Origin: Eledone cirrhosa
Lineage: Eukaryota
Direction of reading: 5' to 3'
Length of the DNA: 64,000 nt
NCBI GenBank assembly: GCA_964016885.1
Contig: OZ024763.1
Span: forward strand, 3,224,001-3,288,000
The position numbers were made by a program, and so were the translations under genes. Shown piece after piece: positions 26,372 to 39,242 of this stretch; the stretch's first letter is position 1, and each line of letters starts with the position of its first letter. The notes beneath the pieces are model-generated. The model ran no database searches. It had not been told where the DNA came from and worked only from the letters and a program-made list of their open reading frames with translations.

Positions 26372-29155
26372 TTCGGGATTAAATGGAAGGAGGCCAGACA
26401 CAATATGAAATATTAAACACGATATTAGAAAAATATTTTGTAAAGACAATAATTTATATACATACATGCATACATAAATATATACATATGTTTACAGGTA
26501 TATATACACACACACACACGTAACAATCGTCAGCTAAGACAACACGAATACTTTTACCGGAATTTCACGAAGTTTAGGTTTTAACCTTACCTTTACTTCG
26601 TTATTTTTCATTATAAATTTATGAATGTAATTATGGCGAATACATTAATGTTTTATTGTCGGGTTTTATTAATTTATTTATTTTCTTCGAAATATGTTTA
26701 CCTGGTAGAGCGCCCAAGTTTGGACTTGGTGTCGTTCTGTATGTTTACATATTTACTTTCTCCGCTAACGGAGAAGAGGTGAGGTGAGAGTATTTATTAT
26801 TTGGTGAGAGAGACAGAAAGGAGATAGTGTTGTGGTAGGAGGGATATGTTTACAGAATTATTTCCCTTTGAATGTAAAATTCATCTGATTCTGCACACCC
26901 GCAATTTTATTCGAGGAGGAGAGAGAACGAAGAGGTTAGGCGAGGTGAGAGAGAGAGGAGCTTGTGTAGTGGTAAGAGGGTGTCAGATGTAATGACACAG
27001 AGAGAGGAGGTGAGGGAGAGAGGGAATTAGATAGTGCTGAGTAAGAGAGAAGGGGAATGAAAGAGAAAGAGAGGAAAGGCTGTAGAGAGAGAGTGTGAGA
27101 CAGTAAATAAACGAATGGGAGTGAGTTGAGAGTTATGTCGTGATTAAATGGAAGAAAGCCAGACGACACAATATGAAATATTAAACACGATATTAGAAAA
27201 ATGTTTTTGTAAATAAGACAATAATTTATATACATACATAAATATATACATATGTTTACAGGTATATATACACACACACACACACATGTAACAATCGTCA
27301 GCTAAGACAACACGAATACTTTTACCGGAATTTCACGAAGTTTAGGTTTTAACCTTACCTTTACTTCGTTATTTTTCATTATAAATTTGTGAATGTAATG
27401 ATGGCGAATACATTAATGTTTTATTGTCGGGTTTTATTAATTTATTTATTTTCTTCGAAATATGTTTACCTGGTAGAGCGCCCAAGTTTGGACTTGGTGT
27501 CGTTCTGTATGTTTACATATTTACTTTCTCCGCTAACGGAGAAGAGGTGAGGTGAGAGTATTTATTATTTGGTGAGAGAGACAGAAAGGAGATAGTGTTG
27601 TGGTAGGAGGGGTATGTTTACAGAATTATTTCCCTTTGAATGTAAAATTCATCTGATTCTGCACACCCGCAATTTTATTCGAGGAGGAGAGAGAACGAAG
27701 AGGTTAGGCGAGGTGAGAGAGAGAGGAGCTTGTGTAGTGGTAAGAGGGTGTCAGATGTAATGACACAGAGAGAGGAGGTGAGGGAGAGAGGGAATTAGAT
27801 AGTGCTGAGTAAGAGAGAAGGGGAATGAAAGAGAAAGAGAGGAAAGGCTGTAGAGAGAGAGTGTGAGACAGTAAATAAACGAATGGGAGTGAGTTGAGAG
27901 TTATGTCGTGATTAAATGGAAGAAAGCCAGACAACACAATATGAAATATTAAACACGATATTAGAAAAATGTTTTTGTAAATAAGACAATAATTTATATA
28001 CATACATAAATATATACATATGTTTACAGGTATATTTATACAGACACACACACATGTAACTATCGTCAGCTAAGACAACACGTATACTTTTACCGGAATT
28101 TCACGAAGTTTAGGTTTTAATCTTACCTTTACTTCGTTATTTTTCATTATAAATTTGTGAATCTAATTATGGCGAATACATTAATGTTTTATTGTCGGGT
28201 TTTATTAATTTATTTATTTTCTTCGAGATATCTTTACCTGGTAGAGCGCCCAAGTTTGGACTTGGTGTCGTTCTGTATGTTTACATATTTACTTTCTCCG
28301 CTAAAGGAGAAGAGGGGAGGTGAGAGTATATATTATTTGGTGAGAGAGACAGAAAGGAGATAGTGTTGTGGTAGGAGGGCTATGTTTACAGAATTATGTC
28401 CCTTTGAATGTAGAATTCATCTGATTCTGCACACCCGCAAATTTATTCGAGGAGGAGAGAGAAAGAGGAGCTTGTGTAGTGGTAAGAGGGTGTCAGATGT
28501 AATGACACAGAGAGAGGAGGTGAGGGAATTAGATAGTGCTGAGTAAGAGAGAAGGGGAATGAAAGAGAAAGAGAGGAAAGGCTGTGAGAGGGGTAGAGAG
28601 AGATAGTGTGAGTCAGTAAGCAAACGAATGGGAGTGAGTTGAGAGTTATGTCGTGATTAAATGGAAGAAAACCAGACGACACAATATGAAATATTAAACA
28701 CGATATTAGAAAAATGTTTTTGTAAATAAGACAATTTATATACATACATAAATATATACATATGTTTATAGGTATATTTATACAGACACACACATGTAAC
28801 TATCGTCAGCTAAGACAACACGAATACTTTTACCGGAATTTCACGAAGTTTATAAATTTGTGAATGTAATTATGGCGAATACATTAATGTTTTATTGTCG
28901 CGTTTTATTAATTAATTTATTTTCTTCGAGATATCTTTACCTGGTAGAGCGCCCAAGTTTAGACTTGGTGTCGTTCTGTATGTTTACATATTTACTTTCT
29001 CCGCTAAAGGAGAAGAGGGGAGGTGAGAGTATATATTATTTTGTGAGAGAGACAGAAAGGAGATAGTGTTGTGGTAGGAGGGGTATGTTTACAGAATTAT
29101 GTCCCTTGGATTGTAAAATCCATCTGATTTTGCACACCCGCAATTTTATTCGAAG
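26372..29155 (-). repeat. Inverted tandem array, four units of the same repeat (right arm)
   Basis: reverse-complement cassettes at 26702-26764, 27470-27532, 28238-28300, 28941-29003. Confidence 0.95.
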
Positions 29156-29247
29156 AGATAAATATACATATTTATATATGTAAAGAGATATATATGTATA
29201 TATATATAAATAGATACATATTTATATATATAAATAGATAGAAAATG

Positions 29248-29278
<31 letters not shown>

Positions 29279-30027
29279 TTATATATGTAAATATATACAT
29301 AAAAATATATATATTTTTATATATAAATAAAAATATATATATATATATATATAGGAACAAGTATGACCCCGACGGCAGAGCTCAAGCCGTTTCGACGGCT
29401 ATTTCTGGACTGAATTCTAGTCCAGAATTAGCCGTCGAAACGGCTTGAGCTCTGCCGTCGGGGCCATACTTGTTCCTATTACCCACTCTACTACCCAAAG
29501 CATTGAGTACTTTGGTGCGTTATGGTCCATCTGATTCCTTACCACATTTCCTTCGTTATATATATATATATATGGCTTAGTGGTTAGAGCAATGGCTTTA
29601 CTATCAAAAGGTTGTGAGTTCAATTCTCAGACCAGGTGATGTGTTGTTTCCTTTATTTCACATTGCTCCAGTTTACTCAGCTGTAGAAATGAGATGATAG
29701 GACTGTGGTCCTTATTATTCCACTGCAAAGTGGTCATGGAGGTTCCATGGCAAAAAAGCACCCAGCCCACACTGTAAATGAGGTTGGTGTTAGGAAGGGC
29801 ATCCAGCTGTAGAAATCAAGCCAGAATCAGTTCTCACCCTATCCTTGCAAGCAGGGAAAAGTGGACGTAAAATGAAATGAAATGATATATATATATACAT
29901 ATATATATACATCACTCTCAAAAGTGTGAACCTAATAAACTACCATTTGTACTGCCTCTCTGCTTTTTGTTCCTGTCAAATATTTAACTATATACACACA
30001 CACACATTATATACATATACATATAAA

Positions 30028-30144
30028 CTACCAAATAAAACTTACTTCTGAGAATTCATTTGTTGATTCATTGTAAATGTAGCTTTCTTCACTTTCAGCT
30101 GGGATATCGAAGAAATTGTCAGTTACTAAAGTCCGAAGAGAGAT
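30028..30144 (-). CDS. RSKR: RSKR-like kinase, last or penultimate exon (ISLRTLVTDNFFDIPAESEESYIYNESTNEFSE[VSFIW*])
   Basis: strong acceptor; a gtaagt donor follows 30046 but read-through gives a stop at 30028-30030, so the true end is ambiguous. Confidence 0.7.
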   Translation of the reverse strand: MSLRTLVTDNFFDIPAESEESYIYNESTNEFSEVSFIW

Positions 30145-30984
30145 CTGTGAGAGGAAAGATGGAAAATGGAGAGAAAACCTTTAACTCTGTAAAATGAAGG
30201 AACAGCAACACAGGACTGTGACTCATTATTCATTTTTAGTTCTTTACCAATATCATAATGTTTAGAAATACAGATTCGAACACAGACTACCAATATATAC
30301 CCAACCCACTACCCCTACTCCATCCTCCCACCCTCATCAACACCACTCCTTTCTCTATAAAGTTATGTTGGTACCGCATCATCCAGTCCAAACTAAAGAG
30401 GTCTTGTAGGTGTCATGATGAAAAACACACAGTCCACACTGTAATGTGGCCATGTAGGTAACACGGTAAAAAGCCCCCAGTCCACACTGTAAATGTTGAT
30501 GTTAGGAAGGGCATCCAGCCAAAGGAAACCTGCCAGATAGTCCTATACGAGCGAGACACGGTCACCCGATCAATCTTGCCTCAAATTGGGACAAACCCGT
30601 CTAACCCATGTTAACGTGGAAGATGGACGTTAATCGATGATGATGATGATACACGCATAAACATAGATATTCACACACAGGCAGAGGCAGACAGATGTAT
30701 ATACACAAATACATACACAGATACACACACACGTTTAGAAATACATACACACACACACACAGAAGACACACACATAATGTAAGAGAAACCCATGCTAGTG
30801 TGGAAGAATGGACATACAATGGTGGTGGTGATGATGATAGTGATGGTGGTGATGGTGATGATGATGGTGGTGATGATGGTGATGATGATGGTGATGATGG
30901 TGATGATGATGATGATGATGGTGGTCATAATGATGGTGATGGTGATGATGAAGAAGAAGAGCAGATAAATGGTTAAACACTCAC

Positions 30985-31086
30985 CTGTTTTTCAATTAAA
31001 TTATTAAAGTTGACAACTTTAAAAAAAGGTAAATTCTGCAGAGAAAATAAATCTGTAAGTCGCCGGTTGTGGCATTTCGTCAACAA
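30985..31086 (-). CDS. RSKR: RSKR-like kinase exon (LLTKCHNRRLTDLFSLQNLPFFKVVNFNNLIEKQ)
   Basis: 102 nt; subdomain XI LL...RL and PFF motif. Confidence 0.9.
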
Positions 31087-31149
31087 CTACAAAACAAAAA
31101 CATTTATAATGATATAACCAATGTTGTCTTGAAGACTGAGATGAATACC

Positions 31150-31780
31150 TTTCTTATCATCAACACTAGAGAGTTTGTCATGTCCTTGACACAGCTGAAG
31201 AGCCCACCTGACCACTTGATTGACAAGATTTCTACAACAGGACACCCTTCCTATCACCAGGGTCCTCCCGGCCCTTTGTTTACAAAGACTTCTTCAACAG
31301 GATACTCTTACTATCACCAACACTAGGGAAGTTGTCATGTCTTTGACACAGATGAAGGGTCCTCCCAACTGCTTGTTTGGTAAGATTTCTATGACAAGAT
31401 ACTCTTACTATCACCAACACTAGAGAGGTTTTCATGTCTTTGACAGTCGAAGGGTCCTACTAACCCTTTGTTTAGCAAAATTTCTATGACAGAACTCTCT
31501 TACTATCACCAACACTAGGGAGGTTGTCATGTCTTTGACACAACTGAATAAATAATAATAATGAAAATTATTGTGTACAGTGCTCAGGTGCATCAAAGGT
31601 GCATGTATAGTACATAGAGAGGTCATCATATCCTTGCCATAGCTGAAGGGTCCTCCCGACTGCTTGTTTAGCAATATTTCTATGACAGGATACCCTTCCT
31701 GTCACCAACACTAGGGAGGTTGTCATGTCTTTTACATGTTTAGCAAGATTTCTACAACAGGGCACCCTTACTATCAACAA
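31150..31780. repeat. ~97-bp degenerate tandem repeat interrupted by a CR1 tail
   Basis: ctatcaccaacactag...gttgtcatgtc recurs. Confidence 0.8.
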
Positions 31781-31834
31781 CCACGGAGCTCATTAGAAAT
31801 TGACCAACACTTGGGTTGTTTGTTGTTATATGAA

Positions 31835-32140
31835 AGTGTGTGGCTTTCTGGTTAGGGTATTCAGCTCACAATCGTAAGGTTATGAGTTCGATTCCGAGCA
31901 ATGTGTTGTGACCTTGAGCAAGACACTTTATTTCACGTTGCTCCAGTCTACTGAGCTGGCAAAAATGAGCTGTACCTGTAATTCAAAGGGCCAACCTTGG
32001 CACACTGAATCTCCCTGAGAACTATGTTACGGTAGACATGTCAGTGGAATGCTCAGCCACTTGCCCATTAATTTCACGAGCAGGTTGTTCCGTTAATCAG
32101 ATCAACTGGAACACTCTTATTGTAACTGAGGGAGTGCCAA
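31835..32140 (+). mobile_element. tRNA-derived SINE (CORE-like domain)
   Basis: A/B boxes (gagttcgattcc) then tgtgaccttgagcaagacactt; copies at about 29570-29700, 33555-33692, 53600-53742. Confidence 0.75.
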
Positions 32141-32292
32141 TTAAGAAAAACTAAAAATGAGAAAAACTCCAAAATGACTTTCTTGAAAATCATTACAACA
32201 ACAACAACAACAACAACAACAACATCAGCAAAAACAACATCAACGACAACAACAAGAAACGAAAGACATTTCCAATGTTTTCCTATACGTAC

Positions 32293-32403
32293 CCGACTAA
32301 CAACGTGGGTGCACTTCTCACTGATATACTCTGGTAGTTCATAGTCACACTGGAATACATTCTGGGCCATGTCAAAATGGTTAATGGCGCCATCTATTGG
32401 ATA
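32293..32403 (-). CDS. RSKR: RSKR-like kinase exon (YPIDGAINHFDMAQNVFQCDYELPEYISEKCTHVVSR)
   Basis: 111 nt, phase 0-0, subdomain X region. Confidence 0.88.
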
Positions 32404-33928
32404 CTGAAGAGAAGGAAGAGAATAGTGAGAGATAGGGAGAGTAGGAGAGATAGAGAGAGTGGGAGAGATAGAATGAGTGGGAGAGATAGAGAGAGTGGGA
32501 TAGATGGGGAGAGCAGGAGAGACGGAGGCAACAGACATGCCAACCTTTAAAAACTCAAACGGGGAGAAATGAGGCAAAATAGGGAGATTTTTACATAGAT
32601 ATATATATGTATTAAGTTGTGAAATAGACTGGTTTACACACGTGGCTGTCGCTACCAGCACGCTACCCTATATCGCTGTATAGTGGATGCTGGCATTTAA
32701 TGTCCGATAAAAGTTCCAGGCCCTACCACTGTTACCATCACCATCCTATCGCCATGGGACTTGGAGACTAGAGCCGAATGCTACTATTCTACTGTGCAGC
32801 GATGTGGAACTGCTTTTTCTAATAACCAACTTTTCACTATCTCATTAATTTGTGTTTGAGACACGTTGGCTGAGAGCTTTTGATGGGAGCGGAAATATTT
32901 ATTTTCTAATCCTCTGCCACCACGTAAATTTGTAAATCGGTGACCGATCAGGGGACAAAGTTGTATCAGATTCCAGTTGCTAATCACTTTACTGTGTCGG
33001 CCGTCACAAGCAGTCATAGCCGGCATGGACTGGGGTTGAAGTATGTCAATCGATTGGTTATTGATTAGGCGATACCTGCTGATGAATCCGCATGCGCCGA
33101 TTATGCATTGTTGCATAATATATGCAGACAGAGGGTGCAGTGCACCCTACTGCTGCATTAAGTGTGGCCGAACTTGAGTTCGGGAACTAATATAGACACC
33201 CGTTTACGTGTGTTGTATTGAAGCGAATAACTATGTGTTTCCTCTGGGAATGTATTCTACATTATCTATTGTGTACGCTGAAATACAACCGGTCCTGGCA
33301 TTGTTAAATATGCTGGGTCCGTCAACTCCTTATTATATATATATATATATATATATATATCATCATCATCATTTTATGTCAGCTTTTCTCTGCTTGCAAG
33401 AGTCGGACAGCAACTGATTCTGGCATGATTTCTACAGCTGGATGCCCTTTCTAACACCAACCTCATTTACTGTGAGTGGTGGGTGCTTTTTGCCATGGCA
33501 CCTACATGTTCACTTTACTGTGGAATGATAGAGACCCCAGTCCTATCATCTCATTTCTACAGCTGAGTAAACTGGAGCAATGTGAAATAAAGTGTTTTGC
33601 TCAAGGAAACAACACATCACCTGGTCTGAGAATTGAACTCACAACCTTTCGATTGCAAGGCCAATGCTCTAACCACTAAGCCATGTGCCTCCATTATAAT
33701 ATATATATATTTATATAAAGAGAGAGAGAGAGAGATACATATAAAATATATATATATATATATATATATTTCGAGGTAGACCACGAAAAACATGGGCGGT
33801 GGTGGTGAGAACAGACCTCAGATCATTGAAGCTCACGGTGGAGATGACGAAGGACCGTGACGAGTGGAGAGATGCTGTGCTGAATAAGACCCGTCCCACC
33901 CTTGCAAGCAGGGAAAAGCGGACGTAAA

Positions 33929-33963
<35 letters not shown>

Positions 33964-34178
33964 ATATATATATATCATCATCATCATCATCATCAACGTT
34001 TAACGTCCGTGTTCCACGCTTGCATGGGTTTGGACGGGGGTAGTCCCACTTGAGGCAAGAGTGATTGTCTTGCTCGCATAGGACTGTCTGGCAGGTTTTC
34101 TACAGTTGGATGCCCTTCCTAACACCAACCACATTTACAGTGTGGGTCTGGGAGGTTTTTACCGTGTTGCCTACACGG

Positions 34179-34305
<127 letters not shown>

Positions 34306-34374
34306 CATATAAAATATATATATATATATATATAATATCTGATAAAAATAAACCCAGAAAAGAGAAAAACTGAC

Positions 34375-34463
34375 CTCTCCAATGAGCATGGTGTACATTA
34401 GTACACCAAGTGACCACCAATCTGCTGTGTGACCATACGGTACCACTGATAACACTTCTGGAG
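34375..34463 (-). CDS. RSKR: RSKR-like kinase exon (APEVLSVVPYGHTADWWSLGVLMYTMLIGE)
   Basis: 89 nt; APE and DWWSLG motifs. Confidence 0.95.
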
Positions 34464-34494
34464 CTGAAACATAAAATATATTCTGTGACTCACT

Positions 34495-34710
34495 TTAACC
34501 CTTTAGCATTTAAACCGGCCATATCCGGCCAGAATTCTCCCACCTCTTTCTGTTCAAACCAACTGTAACTGGCCACTCATACTTATGTTAAGGTATTGTT
34601 CGCAAAATAGATAATATCAAAATGTCATAGAATTGATATTATGTGAGTTAAAACCTTTACAGTGAAAATACAATAGTATATATGGAGTAATGTAAATGCT
34701 AAAGGGTTAA
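34495..34710. mobile_element. piggyBac-type MITE (TTAA-CCCTT...AAGGG-TTAA)
   Basis: TTAA flanks and TIR ccctttagcattta/taaatgctaaaggg; copies at 8354-8566, 10419-10637, 13301-13504, and an interrupted one starting near 11263. Confidence 0.8.
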
Positions 34711-34750
34711 TGTTACAATTTATATAGTTTATTGGGCACACACATATATA

Positions 34751-35421
34751 TATAGACCTTTTCGGTTGTCTACTGACCCCTAATATATTTATATAGACCC
34801 TTTCTGTTGTCTACTGACCCCTAATATATCTATATAGACTCTTTCTGTTGTCTACTGACCCCTAATATATCTATATAGACCCTTTATGTTGTCTACTGAC
34901 CCCTAATATATTTATATAGATCCTTTATGTTGTCTACTGACCCCTAATATATCTATATAGACCCTTTCTGTTGTCTACTGACCCCTAATATATTTATATA
35001 GATCATTTATGTTGTCTACTTACCCCTAATATATTTATATAGACCCTTTCTGTTGTCTACTGACCCCTAATATATCTATATAGACCCTTTCTATTGTCTA
35101 CTGACCCCTAATATATCTATATAGACCCTTTCTGTTGTCTACTGACCTCTAATATATCTATATAGACCATTTATGTTGTCTACTGACCCCTAATATATCT
35201 ATATAGATCCTTTATGTTGTCTACTGATCTCTAATATATCTATATAGACCCTTTCTGTTGTCTACTGACCCCTAATATATCTATATAGACCCTTTATGTT
35301 GTCTACTGACCCCTAATATATCTACATAGACCCTTTCTGTTGTCTACTGACCCCTAATATATCTATATAGACCCTTTATGTTGTCTACTGACCCCTAATA
35401 TATCTATATAGACCCTTTCTA
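34751..35421. repeat. 41-bp minisatellite (~16 copies)
   Basis: tatagaccctttctgttgtctactgacccctaatatatcta. Confidence 0.95.
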
Positions 35422-35497
35422 TGTAGCCTCTACGGTTCTTATATATTTGATATATATTTATCCTTATCGAGCCCTCTTTGGATTTTAGTCTTCAAAT

Positions 35498-35544
<47 letters not shown>

Positions 35545-35545
35545 G

Positions 35546-36266
35546 TATATATACAGTATAAGTTGCTCACTTATCCATATATAGTATATATACATTATAC
35601 ATACCATATAAGTTCTTACTTACCCATGTATAGTATATATAGTATATATACATTATATAAACCATATAAGTTCTCACTTACCCATCTATAGTATATATAG
35701 TATATATACATTATATAAACCATATAAGTTCTCACTTACCCATCTATAGTATATATAGTATATATACATTATACATACCATATAAGTTCTTACTGACCCA
35801 TATATAGTATATATAGTATATATACATTATACATACCATATAAGTTCTTACTTACCCATCTATAGTATATATAGTATATATACATTATACATACCATATA
35901 AGTTCTTACTGACCCATATATAGTATATATAGTATATATACATTATACATACCATATAAGTTCTTACTTACCCATCTATAGTATATATAGTATATATACA
36001 TTATACATACCATATAAGTTCTTACTGACCCATATATAGTATATATAGTATATATACATTATACATACCATATAAGTTCTTACTGACCCATATATAGTAT
36101 ATATAGTATATATACATTATATAAACCATATAAGTTCTCACTTACCCATGTATAGTATATATAGTATATATACATTATACATACCATATAAGTTCTCACT
36201 TACCCATGTATAGTGTATATAGTATATATACATTATACATACCATATAAGTTCTCACTTACCCATA
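35546..36266. repeat. 58-bp minisatellite (~12 copies) containing the splice donor of the DFG exon
   Basis: each unit reads ATGG|GTAAGT or ATGG|GTCAGT on the minus strand. Confidence 0.95.
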
Positions 36267-36351
36267 TACTGTAGAGTGCCACAGACTGTCCTTGTTTTCT
36301 CACCAATGTGCAACCATTTAGCTAAGCCGAAGTCAGTAATCTGGATATGGC
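36262..36351 (-). CDS. RSKR: RSKR-like kinase exon, DFG and activation loop (GHIQITDFGLAKWLHIGEKTRTVCGTLQYM)
   Basis: 90 nt; DFG and CGTLQYM motifs. Confidence 0.95.
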
Positions 36352-37527
36352 CTGGAATAGACAGCAGCAAATTCTGAAGATTTTATTGTAATTTTATTGT
36401 AATTTTATTGTAATTTTATTGTAATTTTGAAGTAATATTTGTAAGCCTGCTGTTGTTAATATTGCTTTTATTGTTTCAGGCTGATATATCATCATCATCC
36501 TCATTTAATGTCCAGTTTTCCACGCTAGCATGGGTTAGACGGGTTTCCTCGCTGTGAGACAAGCCAGGTCTGATGACCATGATTTGCTCTTACAGGACTG
36601 GTTTTGGCTTGGTTTCTATAGATGGATGCCCTTCCTAATGCCAACCACATTTACAGTGTGGACTGGGTGCTTTTCATCATGCCACCCACACGACCACTTT
36701 ACAGTGTGAACTGGCTGCTTTTTGTCATGCCACCCACACGACCACTTTACAGTGTCGGCTGGGTGCTTTTTGTCATGACACCTACATGACCACTTTACAG
36801 TGTCGGCTGGGTGTCTTTTAGTCATGACACCTACATGACCACTTTACAGTCGATAAACACATGTACCAGTCTAGTACTGGAGCCGATTCTTCCTCTATAT
36901 CATTCTCTCTATCTTTCTCTGGAAGAAATCTACTATATTCAGACCTGGAGTAGAGATGAGCTCTTCAGCTAGGTTTAAAAAATGCCCCTAGAAACACTGT
37001 ATGTTAATATGACACCTTTACGACTCCCACGGGAGTTAGAGGACCATACATACATAGTATGATAGCAAAAATTATTTAACATGTGGCACTTACCACAATA
37101 CCTATTTAACATGTGGTACTTAGTATCTTCTCAACTATTTAACATGTGGTATTTAGCATTGGCACAACTATTAAACATGTGGTATTAACCATAATCATTT
37201 GTTTCTACTTTTGGCATAAGGCCAGCAATTACCCAGTACATTACTGGTACTTTATATTATTGACCCCGTAAGGATGAAAGGCAAAGTTAACTTTGGAGGG
37301 ATTTGAACTCAGTCCGTAAAGGGACGTAACCCCATGCTAGAAAGCATGGCGTCCAACCCTCTACCGATACTGCCAATCCACTGCCCTAATCATGAGAACT
37401 ATTTAACATGTATTTACAATCATCATAATAACTACTTCACATGTGGCACTCACCACTGTCATAACTAGTTAACATGTGGTATTTAGCTTAATCATAAGGA
37501 TTATATAATAGTACATGTGGTACTTAC

Positions 37528-37555
37528 CGTCATAATCAAACAAGATGTTCTCCAT
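37528..37555 (-). CDS. RSKR: RSKR-like kinase 28-nt microexon (MENILFDYD)
   Basis: completes RDMKMENIL, the KMEN variant typical of RSKR; (ct)n-ag acceptor, gtaagt donor. Confidence 0.92.
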
Positions 37556-37853
37556 CTAGAGAGAGAGAGAGATACATTAACAAAAGATATTGACTGAGAG
37601 AAATGTTCATATAATATACAGAAAAAGAAAGCAACATTAGAAAGAACTATAAATGCCATGAACGAGAGGAAAAGCAAGAGAATAGCAAGGACTAGTAGAC
37701 AAAGGAAGAAAGAAAGAGGGCTTCTGTAAGCTGAGACCCCAGAGAGGGTCTGGAAGGGAGTAAACCTTCACTATTGGTAACTGGAACATCACAACCTTTA
37801 CAGGAAAGGGTCAGTAACTAGTGGAGGAAGCCAGATGCTACTGGCTGGCTACA

Positions 37854-38200
37854 GTGGTTAGAATGTCTCAGGAAAGAATCACTGGACAGATTTAAGAGAC
37901 CACAGCTCTGATATTAGAGACATGTGGTTAGAATGTCTCAGGAAAGAATCACTGGACAGATTTAAGAGATCACAGCTCTGATATTCCAGACATGTGGTTA
38001 GAATGTCTCAGGAAAGAATCACTGGACAGATTTAAGAGATCACAGCTCTGATATTACAGACATGTGGTTAGAATGTCTCAGGAAAGAATCACTGGACAGA
38101 TTTAAGAGATCACAGCTCTGATATTACAGACATGTGGTTAGAATGTCTCAGGAAAGAATCACTGGACAGATTTAAGAGATCACAGCTCTGATATATCAGA
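37854..38200. repeat. 70-bp x5 tandem repeat of LINE-derived sequence
   Basis: gtggttagaatgtctcaggaaagaatcactggacagattt... repeats. Confidence 0.92.
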
Positions 38201-38294
38201 GTTGTGATCTCTCAAATCTGTTCAACAATTCTCCCTAAGTGAGACTAGTTGAAGTCAGGGTTATCAACAAAAGATCATATTTAAAATTACTTAC

Positions 38295-38335
38295 TTTCAT
38301 ATCTCTGTAAATAACCCCAGATTTATGAAGATAAC
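38295..38335 (-). CDS. RSKR: RSKR-like kinase exon, catalytic loop (YLHKSGVIYRDMK)
   Basis: 41 nt, YRDxK catalytic motif, ttgtag/gtaagt sites. Confidence 0.93.
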
Positions 38336-38861
38336 CTACAAATACAAGACAGGAAAAACAAAATGTTTACAACTTTGGTTTTGTTTTCTTTTGAGGTGAG
38401 GGAAGGGTGTGAAGTATAAATCCTATATCTGAAAGTTTAAGGCTGAAGAATTTCCTGACTTTAACCCTTTCACAACAGCATTTCTAATGAAATACTATCT
38501 CTGTTTTAATTAATTAATGAAGAATTTTGACAGATTTACTAAAATTATTAATTATTTCATTACTAAGATAGTAACTTAATTTAAGATTCTTATATAAAAT
38601 TATGTTGGAAGATTTTAATTTAAATTGGAAAACTTTAAAATGGATGATTTTACTTCATAAGAACCAGAGCTGTTTTGACTGGGTTGGTAGCAGTGGTGGT
38701 GATGGATTAGATGTAGATGATGATGATGGTGGTGGTGGTGGTGATGTAATGGCCTATATGTATGTTGTAACAATATATACGATGATGATGATAATGATGA
38801 TGTAATGGACCGCATGTATATGATGGTGGTGGTGGTGGTGATATAGTGGATTAGATGTATA

Positions 38862-38893
<32 letters not shown>

Positions 38894-39134
38894 ATATTTT
38901 ACAAGACATATGCTGTGGTGATGAGGATAATGGTAGCAGTGATGTATAAAACTAGATGTATGATGAAATATTTGATGTATATGACGATGATGATGATGAT
39001 GTATATGACTAGAATGTATGTTGAAACAATACATATATGATGGTGATGATGATGATGATGATGATGGTGATGATGGTGGTGGTGATGACGATGTATAAGA
39101 CAAGAATGTATATAGACACAATATGACAACTTAC

Positions 39135-39242
39135 TGAGTACTACAGCCAGTTCTGCTATATGGTAACGGACCAGTTCTTCCGGGAAGTAACCATGGTAAC
39201 TCCATAGTGTGAACATATCTCCGTATGGTACATAGGTGAGAA
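39135..39242 (-). CDS. RSKR: RSKR-like kinase exon (LTYVPYGDMFTLWSYHGYFPEELVRYHIAELAVVL)
   Basis: 108 nt, phase 1-1, hinge/alphaE region. Confidence 0.93.

Noticed and set aside
30695-30980. Poly-His, poly-Asp/Gly and Glu/Lys-rich ORFs (also 38600-39120 and 44705-45116)
   Set aside because: Trinucleotide and purine-rich simple repeats in introns
34751-36266. Regular repeats as a possible CRISPR array
   Set aside because: No unique spacers, no cas genes, eukaryotic intron
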